Shown here: positions 1-10,992 of the stretch, one piece after another
Layout: each line of letters opens with the position of its first letter
Position numbering within the stretch: the stretch's first letter is position 1
Assembly (NCBI GenBank): GCA_043809585.1
Contig: JBDROZ010000017.1
Span: 62,001 to 87,861, forward strand
Direction: 5' to 3'
DNA length: 25,861 nt
Source of the DNA: Candidatus Eiseniibacteriota bacterium
Lineage (GTDB): Bacteria; Orphanbacterota; Orphanbacteria; Orphanbacterales; Orphanbacteraceae
The notes under the pieces: model-generated
Database searches by the model: none
What the model was told of the DNA's origin: nothing
The model's input: the letters and a program-made list of their open reading frames with translations, nothing else
Made by a program: the position numbers and the translations under genes

Positions 1-552
1 TCGGCGTTCAACTCCCTGGACATCGGGGTGCGGCACCTGCTCCCCGTCTACCCTCTGCTCTGGATCGGCATCGCGCCCCATGTTGCCGATCGACTGCGCG
101 GCCCCGTACGTGCCGGGACCCTTCTCGCTGCCGCGGCCTTCCTCTGGACCGCCGTCGCCTGCCTCTCCGTCGCCCCCCGATACCTGCAGTTCTTCAATCT
201 TCCCTCGGGCGGTCCCTCCCGGGGATACCGTCTCCTGATCGATTCGAACTACGACTGGGGCCAGGACCTGATCCGTCTCCGGGAGCAGATGGACGAGAAC
301 GGGATCGACGGCATCGCCCTCGCGTATTTCGGCCGCGTCGATCCGGCGACCTACGGCATCCGTTACGAGCCTCTCGACGCCGAGACGTCCCATGGCGTTG
401 CGGCCGTCTCCGCCACGTTCCTCATGGGGCGCCCCTACGTCTGGTACGGGAAGGAGGGGCTCGAGTGGACCGAGCCCCGGCAGTTCTCGTGGTTGTCGGA
501 AAGGGAACCGATCGACCGGGTGGGCGCGATGTTCCTTTACGCGTTGCCTTGA
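1..552 (+). CDS. ArnT/PMT-like (GT39/GT83-type) membrane glycosyltransferase, 3' part, 5'-truncated by the window edge
   Basis: Frame 1 is open from base 1 (SAFNSLDIGVRHLLPVYP...). The 'IGVRHLLP', 'YLQFFN..GG' and 'DSNYDWGQDL' motifs are typical of the C-terminal half of this family. Stop TGA at 550-552. Confidence 0.7.
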   Translation, partial: SAFNSLDIGVRHLLPVYPLLWIGIAPHVADRLRGPVRAGTLLAAAAFLWTAVACLSVAPRYLQFFNLPSGGPSRGYRLLIDSNYDWGQDLIRLREQMDENGIDGIALAYFGRVDPATYGIRYEPLDAETSHGVAAVSATFLMGRPYVWYGKEGLEWTEPRQFSWLSEREPIDRVGAMFLYALP

Positions 553-569
553 GACAGGAAGATGAAGAC

Positions 570-592
570 GGGCCGGCCCCCTCCGCCGGCCC
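570..592. terminator. GC-rich hairpin between convergent genes, possible terminator
   Basis: GGGCCGGC (570-577) / GCCGGCCC (585-592) is a perfect 8-bp inverted repeat in the gap between convergent stops. The U-tract is weak. Confidence 0.35.
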
Positions 593-619
593 CGATCGTT
601 TGCGCGGGTGCTCGGGCGC

Positions 620-1885
620 CTACCCGTGCAGGTTCTTCGCCGCCAAGACCGGCACGCCCGCTTTCAGCAAAGCCACGGCGGTCCGGTTCAGGGAGACGTG
701 CTTCTGGATGTAGTTCTCCTCGAAGGCGTCCATCAGCCCGTTCTCGAGGATCTCTTCCTTCGGCACGAAGTAGTCGAGGATGCTCGACGGGTGGTCCAAG
801 GTCTCCTCGATGTCGGGGTCGCCCCCCTCGTGTTTGGCGCTGATGTTCGGCACCTTCGGCGCGACCTCGACCAGCTCGTCCCGGCGGTTGTACGGCTGCC
901 GCACGATCGCCTTGAAGGTCTCGGTGATGTGGTGCTCGAAGCGGACCACCTCGTCGAAGCCGAGCGCCTTCCGCGACTCGGCGGAGAGCTCGATGGTCTC
1001 GTTGTTCACGGAGTTCGAGTAGTTGAAGCCGATGAGCGACGTGGTGCCGTCGTCCCGGGAGAGGAGCTTCGCCGCGAGCAGGGTCCAGAGCACGGCGAAG
1101 GGATTGTCGTTCCCCATGAACACGCTGATCTTGAACTCGATGTCCACGCCCACCTTGTGAAGCATGTAGCCGAGGAAGACGGTGCCCGGGTTGATGTTCA
1201 GCACCTGGCCGGTCCCGTAGTTGGTGTGGTAGTAGAGGAACTCGTCGAGCCACTTCAAGGGGTAGTCGTTCGGCTGGCCGACGCCGCCGAAGTAGCCGGT
1301 GATCGTGTCCGGCCCCCCGAGATGGACGTTCGACCCGTCGGTCCCCTTCGTGTCGAGGGTCTCCACGTAACTCGCGCCGACGATGCGCATGGCCGCCGCC
1401 ATGGCGAGCAGGTCGCCATCGTCCTCTTCCGCCTCCTTCATGAAGCGGACGCGGATGAACCGGCCCGGCATCAACTCCCTCTTCTCGATCGCCCGTTTCG
1501 CCTCGGTGATCATCCAGGGGAAGAAATTCATGGCGCTGATCTCGAGGGTGACGGCGAACTTGTCGGACACGACCTTCGGCTTCGCGCCGCCGAGCGCCGC
1601 CGCCCGGTAGTCGCTCATGGAGACGAACGCCTTCTTGTCCCGCTGTTCGGCGAGCCAATCGAGGTCCCTCCGGTAGGGGGACTTGATTTCGTCGAGCCGG
1701 CGAAGCAGGTACTCGAGCTTGCCCGACTCCCGCGCCTTCCGGTTGATCTCGTCCACGCCGCCATGTTTCTCGATGACGGCGAGGAAGCGCTCGACCAGGG
1801 TGTTGTCCGGGCTCGTCAGGTACCGGTTGATCGATTCGAGCCGGTCGGCCGGAATGGACAGTTTTTCGCGGAGATGATCGCTCAC
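620..1885 (-). CDS. Hypothetical soluble protein (421 aa), enzyme-like
   Basis: Host-like GC3-rich codon usage. GTG start preceded by an AGGGAGG RBS. Globular composition with Gly/His/Glu-rich motifs (TLDTKGTDGSNVHLGG, EHHITE, KHEGG). Confidence 0.85.
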   Translation of the reverse strand: MSDHLREKLSIPADRLESINRYLTSPDNTLVERFLAVIEKHGGVDEINRKARESGKLEYLLRRLDEIKSPYRRDLDWLAEQRDKKAFVSMSDYRAAALGGAKPKVVSDKFAVTLEISAMNFFPWMITEAKRAIEKRELMPGRFIRVRFMKEAEEDDGDLLAMAAAMRIVGASYVETLDTKGTDGSNVHLGGPDTITGYFGGVGQPNDYPLKWLDEFLYYHTNYGTGQVLNINPGTVFLGYMLHKVGVDIEFKISVFMGNDNPFAVLWTLLAAKLLSRDDGTTSLIGFNYSNSVNNETIELSAESRKALGFDEVVRFEHHITETFKAIVRQPYNRRDELVEVAPKVPNISAKHEGGDPDIEETLDHPSSILDYFVPKEEILENGLMDAFEENYIQKHVSLNRTAVALLKAGVPVLAAKNLHG

Positions 1886-2161
1886 GGGGGGTGCCTCCCT
1901 TCCGGGGTGTCGCTTGTCGAGATCGAGTGGCTGGTTGATCGATCTCAGGATACCGTCCGGCGGGCTCTTCTGTCAGCACCGAACTCGGGGGGCCGGAGTC
2001 GTCGATTCGTCCCGAGCCGTCGCTCCGTCCGCGGGCGGTCTGGTAGTATATCGTTCGAGATGCATCGGAACGGGGCGCCCCGAAAGGTCCGGAAGAAGAC
2101 GTCGCGATTCCCGCAAAGAAAAGGTCGGGATTGGCACGGGGTCCCCGCCGCCTTGGGATAT

Positions 2162-2278
2162 TGTGGATATGTGGGTAAGTTCCGCGAAGCGCCTTGCGCT
2201 CGATCAAGGGAGACAACGCTATTCCCGGCAACAACTTTTCACGAGGAACCTTGTGAAGGACTTCAGGGGTTATCCACA
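2162..2278. promoter_or_regulatory. Cluster of DnaA-box-like sites
   Basis: Perfect TTATCCACA at 2270-2278. Tandem reverse boxes TGTGGATAT (2162-2170) and TGTGGGTAA (2170-2178) have 1 mismatch each. 2-mismatch sites CTTTTCACG (2235-2243) and TGTGAAGGA (2252-2260). Confidence 0.5.
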
Positions 2279-2373
2279 AAGACACGCGCGGGGACCAGTT
2301 AGGAAAGTATGAAGACAGCAGGAGTTACGGGTCCCCGGGGCGCCATTCCCCTTCGGCCCGGAGTCAGTACAAC

Positions 2374-4272
2374 ATGATGTGGTTCGCTCTTCTCGCCTCC
2401 ATTTTCTTGTGGTCCCCCGCCCTCGGTCAAGGGACGGTGGTCCACTCACGGGACGATCTTCTGCGCGGCGTCCACGTCGACCGGTTCTGGGACTTCGAGC
2501 GGACCGTCCCGGAATTGACCGGCGGCGGCGAGATTTCGGGCGGTGTGCTCCGGGTCGACGCGCCGTGGGGTGGTGACTGGGTATCCGCCGCGCCGACCTG
2601 GCGGGGAGATATCCCGTTCGTCGTCGAATGGGAAGCGCGGCGCGGCGCGGGCCCCCCCGAAGGGGAACACGGTCTGCTTCTCCGGAGCATCGACGATGAG
2701 GAGGAGGTGCTCGTCCGGTTCTCGTGGGAGGGCCGAGTTTCGGTGGAGGGGAAGAGCGCGGGCCGGCCAAAGCCGATCGCGGGACCCGCATCGACCGGGA
2801 TGATTCACACCGGCGGATGGGACCGGTACGCGGTCCGAGTCGAACGGCGCCGGGTGATCGTGCTCGCCGGCGGCGAAGAGGTGCTCGTCGCGGGATTGCC
2901 ACGGGAAGCGGGAGCCGGCATCGCGTTCACCTGCGGGCCGGGCGCCTCTCTGGATGTGGACCACGTGGCCCTCTACCGGCCCGGAAGACGGCCGCCGGCG
3001 CGCCGGAACGCCGCCCCCGGCGAGATCGCCCCCTTCGACACGGCCGCCGCCCGCTCCTTGTGGAAAGAGATCGAGACGCTTCGGGGGAACGGCGAGCCCG
3101 GCCCGGCGGCGGACCGGATTCATGACTTGTTCCTGATGGCGCCCGGCCTGCCGGGGGCGCTCGATCTGTATTTTCGGGAGGCGGTCCGGGCAGGGGACTT
3201 GGACGGCGCCCTGGCCGCCGCGGAAGGGATGCGGATCGGTGGGGAAGATGGGAGCGAGGAGGAGAAGATCCGGATCCTCGCGCTTCTTCTCGCCCGGCGG
3301 TGGGACGAGGCCCACGGCGCCCTCGCCCGCTTCCGCGCTTTTCGTCCGGACGATCCCTTCGCCCTCGAGAACACGCTGCTCCTTCTTGACCGGAGCGGGC
3401 AATACGAACGGGTGATCCGGGAGTACGACGGGGCGCGGGCGGGCGCCGAGCCGGTCCGGGCGGCGGGGCACGGCGTGGCGTCCTGGGCCTATCTTCGGAC
3501 GGCGACTCCGGAGCGGGCGGGGGAAGCCCTCCGGAGCGCGGCGAGACAGGGGCCGGGGCGGTCGGACCTTGCCCTCGCCGAGGGGGACCTCATGCGGGCC
3601 CGGGGGGACATGGCCGGCGCCCTCGGCCGATACGAAACGGTCCTCGCCGCCGGGGCGGTCCCCGTTCCCGAGGAAGACATCCGGCTTCGAATCGCCCTGC
3701 TCCGTTTCGAGATGGGGGATTACGAGAGGGCGGCCCGGGAGATCGGCGCGCTCCCGGAGAGCGGCGATTCCGAAGTCGATCGGGCGAGGGAGCTCGTGCG
3801 CGCGGCGGCGCTCTTCCAGTCGGGCCGTGTGAAGGACGGGGCGGGGCGGGGCGATCTGCTCGAGGCGAAGGGGATCGCCGAGGCCCGGCTCGGCGACCCG
3901 CCCGGGCGGCGGGACGCGGTGATCTTCGATCTGCTCGGGCGGATCGAGGCGGCCCTCGCCGAGCTCGACCTCAGGGACGGCGTTTCCTACGAGTCGTACC
4001 GGGGGCGGAGGAGGCTCGCCCTCGGCAACTTCGACTACGCGGCCCGCTTCGACCCCTCCTACCGGTCGACGTCGCTGGCCGAGGGGGAGGTCCCCGATCT
4101 CGATCCGGGGCGCTTTCGTTTTCTCGTCCGCATCGCCCTTCCCGACGACCACCCGGTGGGGGGGTTCATCGAGAACCGGGCGCGCTGGTCCGCTTGGTCG
4201 ATCGTCGACCGGCGGGCGGATTTGGCGGAGACCGAGATCGGCCGGATTCTCGGCGAGGGGGGACCGCGATGA
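2374..4272 (+). CDS. Exported tetratricopeptide-repeat-like protein with N-terminal beta-rich domain
   Basis: N-terminal signal peptide (MMWFALLASIFLWSPALG), a beta-strand-rich first ~200 aa, then Ala/Leu-rich helical repeats (e.g. LAEGDLMRARGDMAGALGRYE, IALLRFEMGDYERA). Confidence 0.65.
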   Translation: MMWFALLASIFLWSPALGQGTVVHSRDDLLRGVHVDRFWDFERTVPELTGGGEISGGVLRVDAPWGGDWVSAAPTWRGDIPFVVEWEARRGAGPPEGEHGLLLRSIDDEEEVLVRFSWEGRVSVEGKSAGRPKPIAGPASTGMIHTGGWDRYAVRVERRRVIVLAGGEEVLVAGLPREAGAGIAFTCGPGASLDVDHVALYRPGRRPPARRNAAPGEIAPFDTAAARSLWKEIETLRGNGEPGPAADRIHDLFLMAPGLPGALDLYFREAVRAGDLDGALAAAEGMRIGGEDGSEEEKIRILALLLARRWDEAHGALARFRAFRPDDPFALENTLLLLDRSGQYERVIREYDGARAGAEPVRAAGHGVASWAYLRTATPERAGEALRSAARQGPGRSDLALAEGDLMRARGDMAGALGRYETVLAAGAVPVPEEDIRLRIALLRFEMGDYERAAREIGALPESGDSEVDRARELVRAAALFQSGRVKDGAGRGDLLEAKGIAEARLGDPPGRRDAVIFDLLGRIEAALAELDLRDGVSYESYRGRRRLALGNFDYAARFDPSYRSTSLAEGEVPDLDPGRFRFLVRIALPDDHPVGGFIENRARWSAWSIVDRRADLAETEIGRILGEGGPR

Positions 4273-4913
4273 CCCGGGGCCTTCTCGTGTTCGACCTGGA
4301 CGGCACCCTCTTCTACGGAGGGGACGTGACGTCGGCGGCGGTGTGGGAGACGGCGGACCGGGCCCGCTTCCCCCGGCCGGAGGCGGAGGAGATCCACAAG
4401 TACTTCGGCCGTCCCTTCCACGAGTTCCGTGCGTGGCTCCGTGCTTTCGCGCCCGGCCGGGACATCGAAGCGGCCCTGGACGACATCGACCGGCGGGAGG
4501 TCGAGCTGGTTCCCGAGAAGGGGCGGCTCTTCGACGGTGTGCCGGAGATGCTGGGCGAGCTGGAGGGGGCGGGCTACCGTCTCGCCATCTGCTCGAACGG
4601 CCGGCACCCGTACGTCGGCGCCGTGCTCCGGTCCATGGGAATCGAGCACTTCTTCGATCCCGTGAGGATCCGGGAGACGGAAGAGGAGTACAAGACCCTC
4701 ATGGCCCGGGACGTGATCGCGTCGGTGGGCGTGAAACCCGTGGTCGTCATCGGCGACCGGAAGGACGACGTGGCGGCGGCGAAGGGGAACGGCGCGTTCT
4801 CCATCGGCTGCGCCTACGGCTTCGGCGGCATGGACGAGATCGGGGAGGCGGACCTGATCGTGAACGGGCCCTCGGAGATTCCGGGGGCGGTGGAAGTGTT
4901 GATGGGACGGTGA
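4269..4913 (+). CDS. HAD-superfamily hydrolase (phosphoglycolate phosphatase-like)
   Basis: Motif I FDLDGTL, motif II CSN, motif IV IGDRKDD. ATG at 4269 overlaps the upstream TGA (ATGA). Confidence 0.9.
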   Translation: MTRGLLVFDLDGTLFYGGDVTSAAVWETADRARFPRPEAEEIHKYFGRPFHEFRAWLRAFAPGRDIEAALDDIDRREVELVPEKGRLFDGVPEMLGELEGAGYRLAICSNGRHPYVGAVLRSMGIEHFFDPVRIRETEEEYKTLMARDVIASVGVKPVVVIGDRKDDVAAAKGNGAFSIGCAYGFGGMDEIGEADLIVNGPSEIPGAVEVLMGR

Positions 4914-4938
4914 AATCCCGGGAACTGCAATGAGCGGG

Positions 4939-5001
4939 GGACAGGTTCCGCCCGAGCCTCCGGCTCGGAAGACATGAGGCTCGCCTCGGCGGACCCTGTC
5001 C
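4939..5001. repeat. REP-like long hairpin between convergent genes
   Basis: GGACAGGTTCCGCC (4939-4952) / GGCGGACCCTGTCC (4988-5001) pair at 13/14, with an inner perfect stem CGAGCCTC/GAGGCTCG. Confidence 0.6.
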
Positions 5002-5084
5002 AACGAATGAGGTTTCCCGACCCCGCCGGCCATCGCGGGCCCTCCAGAGTGCAGAGGAGGAATCCGCGGAATACATCATCTCCC

Positions 5085-5435
5085 CTACGACACCCTCTTC
5101 CTCGGGAACTGCTCGCGCAGTCGCTTGAACCGCGCGCCGTACACCCAATCAAACAGGTGAATGCGATCCGGCATCAGCTCCTCGCATCGCCTGCGCAGGG
5201 CGGCGATGGCGATGTCGAGGTCCACGTCGGGGAGGTCGCTGAAGAGGATCATGCTCGTCACCCGGTCGGCGTGGCGCTGGAGCTCGTCCCCCGCCGAGTC
5301 GTCCGGATAGGGGAGGGAGATGTCGGGCCAGCCGTCCCGGCCGACCGGATTGCCGCACTCGCACAAGATGACCCGGTCGAACGCGAACACGAGCGTGTCG
5401 TACTTCTTGTCGCAGCGGCTGCAGCTGAGGGCCAT
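5085..5435 (-). CDS. Small hypothetical protein with N-terminal CxxC...CxC (zinc-ribbon-like) and helical C-terminal domain
   Basis: ATG with a GGAGGAGG RBS. Contains CSRC and CEC. Host-like codon usage. Confidence 0.75.
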   Translation of the reverse strand: MALSCSRCDKKYDTLVFAFDRVILCECGNPVGRDGWPDISLPYPDDSAGDELQRHADRVTSMILFSDLPDVDLDIAIAALRRRCEELMPDRIHLFDWVYGARFKRLREQFPRKRVS

Positions 5436-5676
5436 GATGCGCCTCCTCCCGGGGAGCTCGTCCTTCCAGAACTCGTTTCAAAACCCCTTCCCGCTGCGGC
5501 CGGCTGCAGGGCCGCCTCCGGGCATTCTCGCCCTCGATCCTCGCCGTCCGTCCCTTCGCTCACCCTCGCGGCGAAAGGGGTCTTGAAGCGGGTTTTGCCT
5601 ATATGTACTCAAAGAAGGGGGGGGCGTGACAGGGGGGATGCCTCTATTTTTGCGGGGGGCGCGAAACGGGATCGAT

Positions 5677-6237
5677 TTACTTTCGCTTGAGGACCGCCCT
5701 CCAGCCGGTCCGGGGTGTGTGGAAGGGACGTATCGTCTTGCCGACGCCCCCGGCCTGCTCGGTCATGTAGAAGGCGTCCGGGTCGAGGGTTGTCACGAGG
5801 GGGAGGATCTTCCGAAGGTCCCGGCGGCGGCAGACCACATAGAGGAGCGTGACGGGGCCGGTCCGCCCCTCCCCCTCGAAAGTGGTCACCGGGAATCCGT
5901 GCTCGCGGAGGGAGGCGGCCGTCTCGGCCCCCTGCCCGCGGGTGATCACCCGGAGCACCGTCTGCCCGAAGGCGAGCTTCCGCTCCAGCTTGATGCCGAC
6001 CACGCTCCCCGTCGAGAAGCCGAGGGCGTAGAAGATCCCGAGGATCGGCTGTTCCATCACTCGGGTGACGACGGTGGCGACCACCCAGAGCCAGAGAGAG
6101 ACTTCGACGAGGCCGAGGAAGAAGGCGACGCGGGTGCGCCCCTGCACGATGGCGATCGTGCGGATCGTTCCGAGGGATACGTCCGTCACCCGCGCGGCGA
6201 AGACGAGGACTCCGGTGACGAGAATGTTCCAGTCCAT
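5677..6237 (-). CDS. DUF2179/DUF5698 (UPF0316) membrane protein
   Basis: 'ARVTDVSLGTIRTI', 'EVSLW' and 'YALGFSTG' TM motifs, then a PII-like C-terminal domain ('LREHGFPVTTFEGEG', 'DPDAF'). Start chosen at ATG 6237 (GAGG RBS). Confidence 0.85.
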   Translation of the reverse strand: MDWNILVTGVLVFAARVTDVSLGTIRTIAIVQGRTRVAFFLGLVEVSLWLWVVATVVTRVMEQPILGIFYALGFSTGSVVGIKLERKLAFGQTVLRVITRGQGAETAASLREHGFPVTTFEGEGRTGPVTLLYVVCRRRDLRKILPLVTTLDPDAFYMTEQAGGVGKTIRPFHTPRTGWRAVLKRK

Positions 6238-6285
6238 CGCAAAGGCCTCACACAAAGCCGGGTCTGGTCTCCACCGTGATTAAAT

Positions 6286-6351
6286 AGGGACAGTCACCTG
6301 GTTCCGCCAGTTAATTCGAACGAATCCCTAGCAAGACAGGTGACTGTCCCT
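6286..6351. repeat. REP-like inverted repeat element
   Basis: Perfect 15-bp IR AGGGACAGTCACCTG (6286-6300) / CAGGTGACTGTCCCT (6337-6351) with a 36-bp spacer. Confidence 0.75.
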
Positions 6352-6369
6352 GGTCAATGGAGCGACGGG

Positions 6370-6582
6370 CTACCGGACGCCGTGGCGTTTCATCACCGCC
6401 CGCCACGCCTCCTCGTCCATCACTTCCGATTCCTCGATCAGCATGATCGGGATCTCGTCCTTGATCGGATAGCGCCGGCGGGTCTTCGCGTCGGTGGAAA
6501 CGAGCCACCCCTCGTCTTCGACGACGGGCGCCTTCGTCTCCGGACAGGCGAGGATCTCGAGAAAATCTTTCGGAAGGGGCAT
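6370..6582 (-). CDS. Trm112 family protein (UPF0434/YcaR-like)
   Basis: Signature 'LEILACPETK...YPIKDEIPIMLIEE'. Confidence 0.9.
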   Translation of the reverse strand: MPLPKDFLEILACPETKAPVVEDEGWLVSTDAKTRRRYPIKDEIPIMLIEESEVMDEEAWRAVMKRHGVR

Positions 6583-6664
6583 GTCCTATTCCCTCTCTTC
6601 CTAATCTTCCGACCAATCCCGTTTTCCGCATTTCCGCGCGGTTCCGACGGGATCGCGCGGAACG

Positions 6665-9296
<2,632 letters not shown>

Positions 9297-9352
9297 AATA
9301 CTCTTGAATTCCGGGTGTCACGGAGTGTATCTCCAAGACAGAGCACGACAGC

Positions 9353-9380
9353 GACAGTCGCCGGTGACTGTCACCGGTGA
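9353..9380. repeat. Palindromic remnant related to the 6286-6351 element
   Basis: CCGGTGAC-T-GTCACCGG (9361-9377) overlaps GACAGTCGCCGGTGACTGTC (9353-9372). Shares GGTGACTGTC with the 6337-6351 arm. Confidence 0.45.
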
Positions 9381-9413
9381 TGCCCTGAGTTCTCGAGATT
9401 CCCGGGGTACGTG

Positions 9414-10775
9414 ATGAGTCGGATTCTGTTGGTCGATGATGATCGGAGTTTGCGAGGGGTGCTTGCGTTCGCGCTCCGGGAGGATGGGCACCATGTAGTG
9501 GAGGCGGAGGATGGGGAGTTGGGGCTCGAGCGCTTCCGCCACGAGCATCCCGAACTGGTGATCACCGACCTCAAAATGCCGCGGAAGGACGGCATGGGAC
9601 TCCTCGCGGCGATCCGCGCGGAAGACCCCGAGACGCCGGTTCTCATGCTGACCGCTTTCGGCACCATCGAGCAGGCGGTGGAGGCGATGAAACGCGGCGC
9701 CTTCCATTACCTCACCAAGCCTTACAACCGGGAGGAGCTCCGGCTCGTGGTCGCCAACGCCCTCGAGAGGGGGCGCCTCATCGCCGAGAACCGGGACCTG
9801 CGCCGCCGGCTCGAGGGAGAGGGCGAGCAACCCCGGATCATCTACGCTTCCGAAGAGATGGCCGCTCTCCTCGAGATGATCCGTCGCGTGGCGCCGAGCG
9901 ACGCGACCGTTCTCGTGACCGGCGAGAGCGGCACCGGCAAAGAGCTGGTGGCGAATTATCTACACCGGCTCTCCGACCGGGCGTCGGGCCCCATGGTCGC
10001 CGTCAATTGTGGCGCCCTCCCGAGGGACCTGATCGAGTCCGAACTCTTCGGCCACAAGAAGGGGGCCTTCACCGGCGCGATCAAGGACAAGCCCGGGAAG
10101 TTCCAGACCGCCTCCGGAGGTACGCTCCTTCTTGACGAAATCGGAGAGCTTCCCCTCGATCTCCAGACCAAGCTGCTCCGGGTTCTCGAGACGGGAAGGG
10201 TCGACGTGGTCGGCGGCGGTCCGGTGTCCGTCGACGTCCGCCTCGTCGCCGCGACCAACCGGGACCTGGCGCGGGCGGTCTCCGAGGGGGCCTTCCGGGC
10301 AGATCTCTTTTACCGGCTGAACGTCATCCCGCTCCACGTCCCGCCCCTCCGGGAGCGCCGGGAGGATATTCCCGCCCTCTGGCGCCACTTCGTCGGGCAA
10401 TACGCCGAAGGTGCTCCGGTCGAGACGGCACCGGCCCTCGCCGATCACCTTCACGGCCTCCCATGGAAGGGCAATGTCCGGGAGCTCGCGAACCTCTGCC
10501 AGCGCATGGTGCTTCTCCGGAAGTCCGACATCCTCGGGTTGGATGACTTTCCCACCCTCGAGCCGGCCGCGGCCGACTCACCGGCATCGCCGGAAGAATG
10601 GCTCGCCGACCTTCCCCGGGACCGGCTGCCCCTCCGGGAAGTGGAACGGGAAATCATCCGGCGGGCACTGGAGAGGTTCTCCGGCAACAAGACCCGGGCA
10701 GCCAAGTACCTGGAGATTCCCCGCCACGTGCTTCTCTACCGGATCGAGAAATACGGCATCGAGGCGGATTTCTAG
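9414..10775 (+). CDS. Sigma54-dependent response regulator (NtrC/ZraR family)
   Basis: Receiver (LLVDDD, TDLKMP, YLTKP), AAA+ (GESGTGKE, ESELFGHKKGAFTGA, LLLDEIGE, FRADLFYRL, WKGNVREL) and Fis-type HTH. Start is ATG 9414 or GTG 9411. Confidence 0.96.
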   Translation: MSRILLVDDDRSLRGVLAFALREDGHHVVEAEDGELGLERFRHEHPELVITDLKMPRKDGMGLLAAIRAEDPETPVLMLTAFGTIEQAVEAMKRGAFHYLTKPYNREELRLVVANALERGRLIAENRDLRRRLEGEGEQPRIIYASEEMAALLEMIRRVAPSDATVLVTGESGTGKELVANYLHRLSDRASGPMVAVNCGALPRDLIESELFGHKKGAFTGAIKDKPGKFQTASGGTLLLDEIGELPLDLQTKLLRVLETGRVDVVGGGPVSVDVRLVAATNRDLARAVSEGAFRADLFYRLNVIPLHVPPLRERREDIPALWRHFVGQYAEGAPVETAPALADHLHGLPWKGNVRELANLCQRMVLLRKSDILGLDDFPTLEPAAADSPASPEEWLADLPRDRLPLREVEREIIRRALERFSGNKTRAAKYLEIPRHVLLYRIEKYGIEADF

Positions 10776-10901
10776 AACACTCCAAGAATGGAGAATATTC
10801 TGTATTCTTCGCCCGCCTCTCCTCGAACCTCACCCTCAAGACCGCAACCCTGGCGGTTCAATGACCCGGGTTTCAGGGGGTTAACGATTCTTCCCGTTTC
10901 T

Positions 10902-10917
10902 TGGTACGATCCGTGCT
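10902..10917 (+). promoter_or_regulatory. Sigma54 (-24/-12) promoter of the efflux operon
   Basis: TGGTACGATCCGTGCT has GG and GC separated by exactly 10 nt. It lies directly downstream of a sigma54 activator gene. Confidence 0.65.
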
Positions 10918-10992
10918 AGTGGTGACATGGATGATGAGAGTCACGTGTCGAGGTTCCGGAATTCCCCTTGCTCACGAAGGAATGAAAGCGCG

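Noticed and set aside
1886-2045. Riboswitch in the leader of the 421-aa gene
   Set aside because: Hairpins are present, but I could not match the conserved cores of TPP, SAM, cobalamin, glycine, FMN, ZTP or c-di-GMP riboswitches. An Rfam scan would settle it.
2132-2147. Sigma54 promoter at TGGCAC
   Set aside because: No GC at the -12 position. The same applies to TGGCAC at 17640.
4905-4925. FMN/cobalamin riboswitch-like GGTGAAATCCC
   Set aside because: It overlaps the HAD stop codon, lies between convergent genes, and lacks the other conserved elements.
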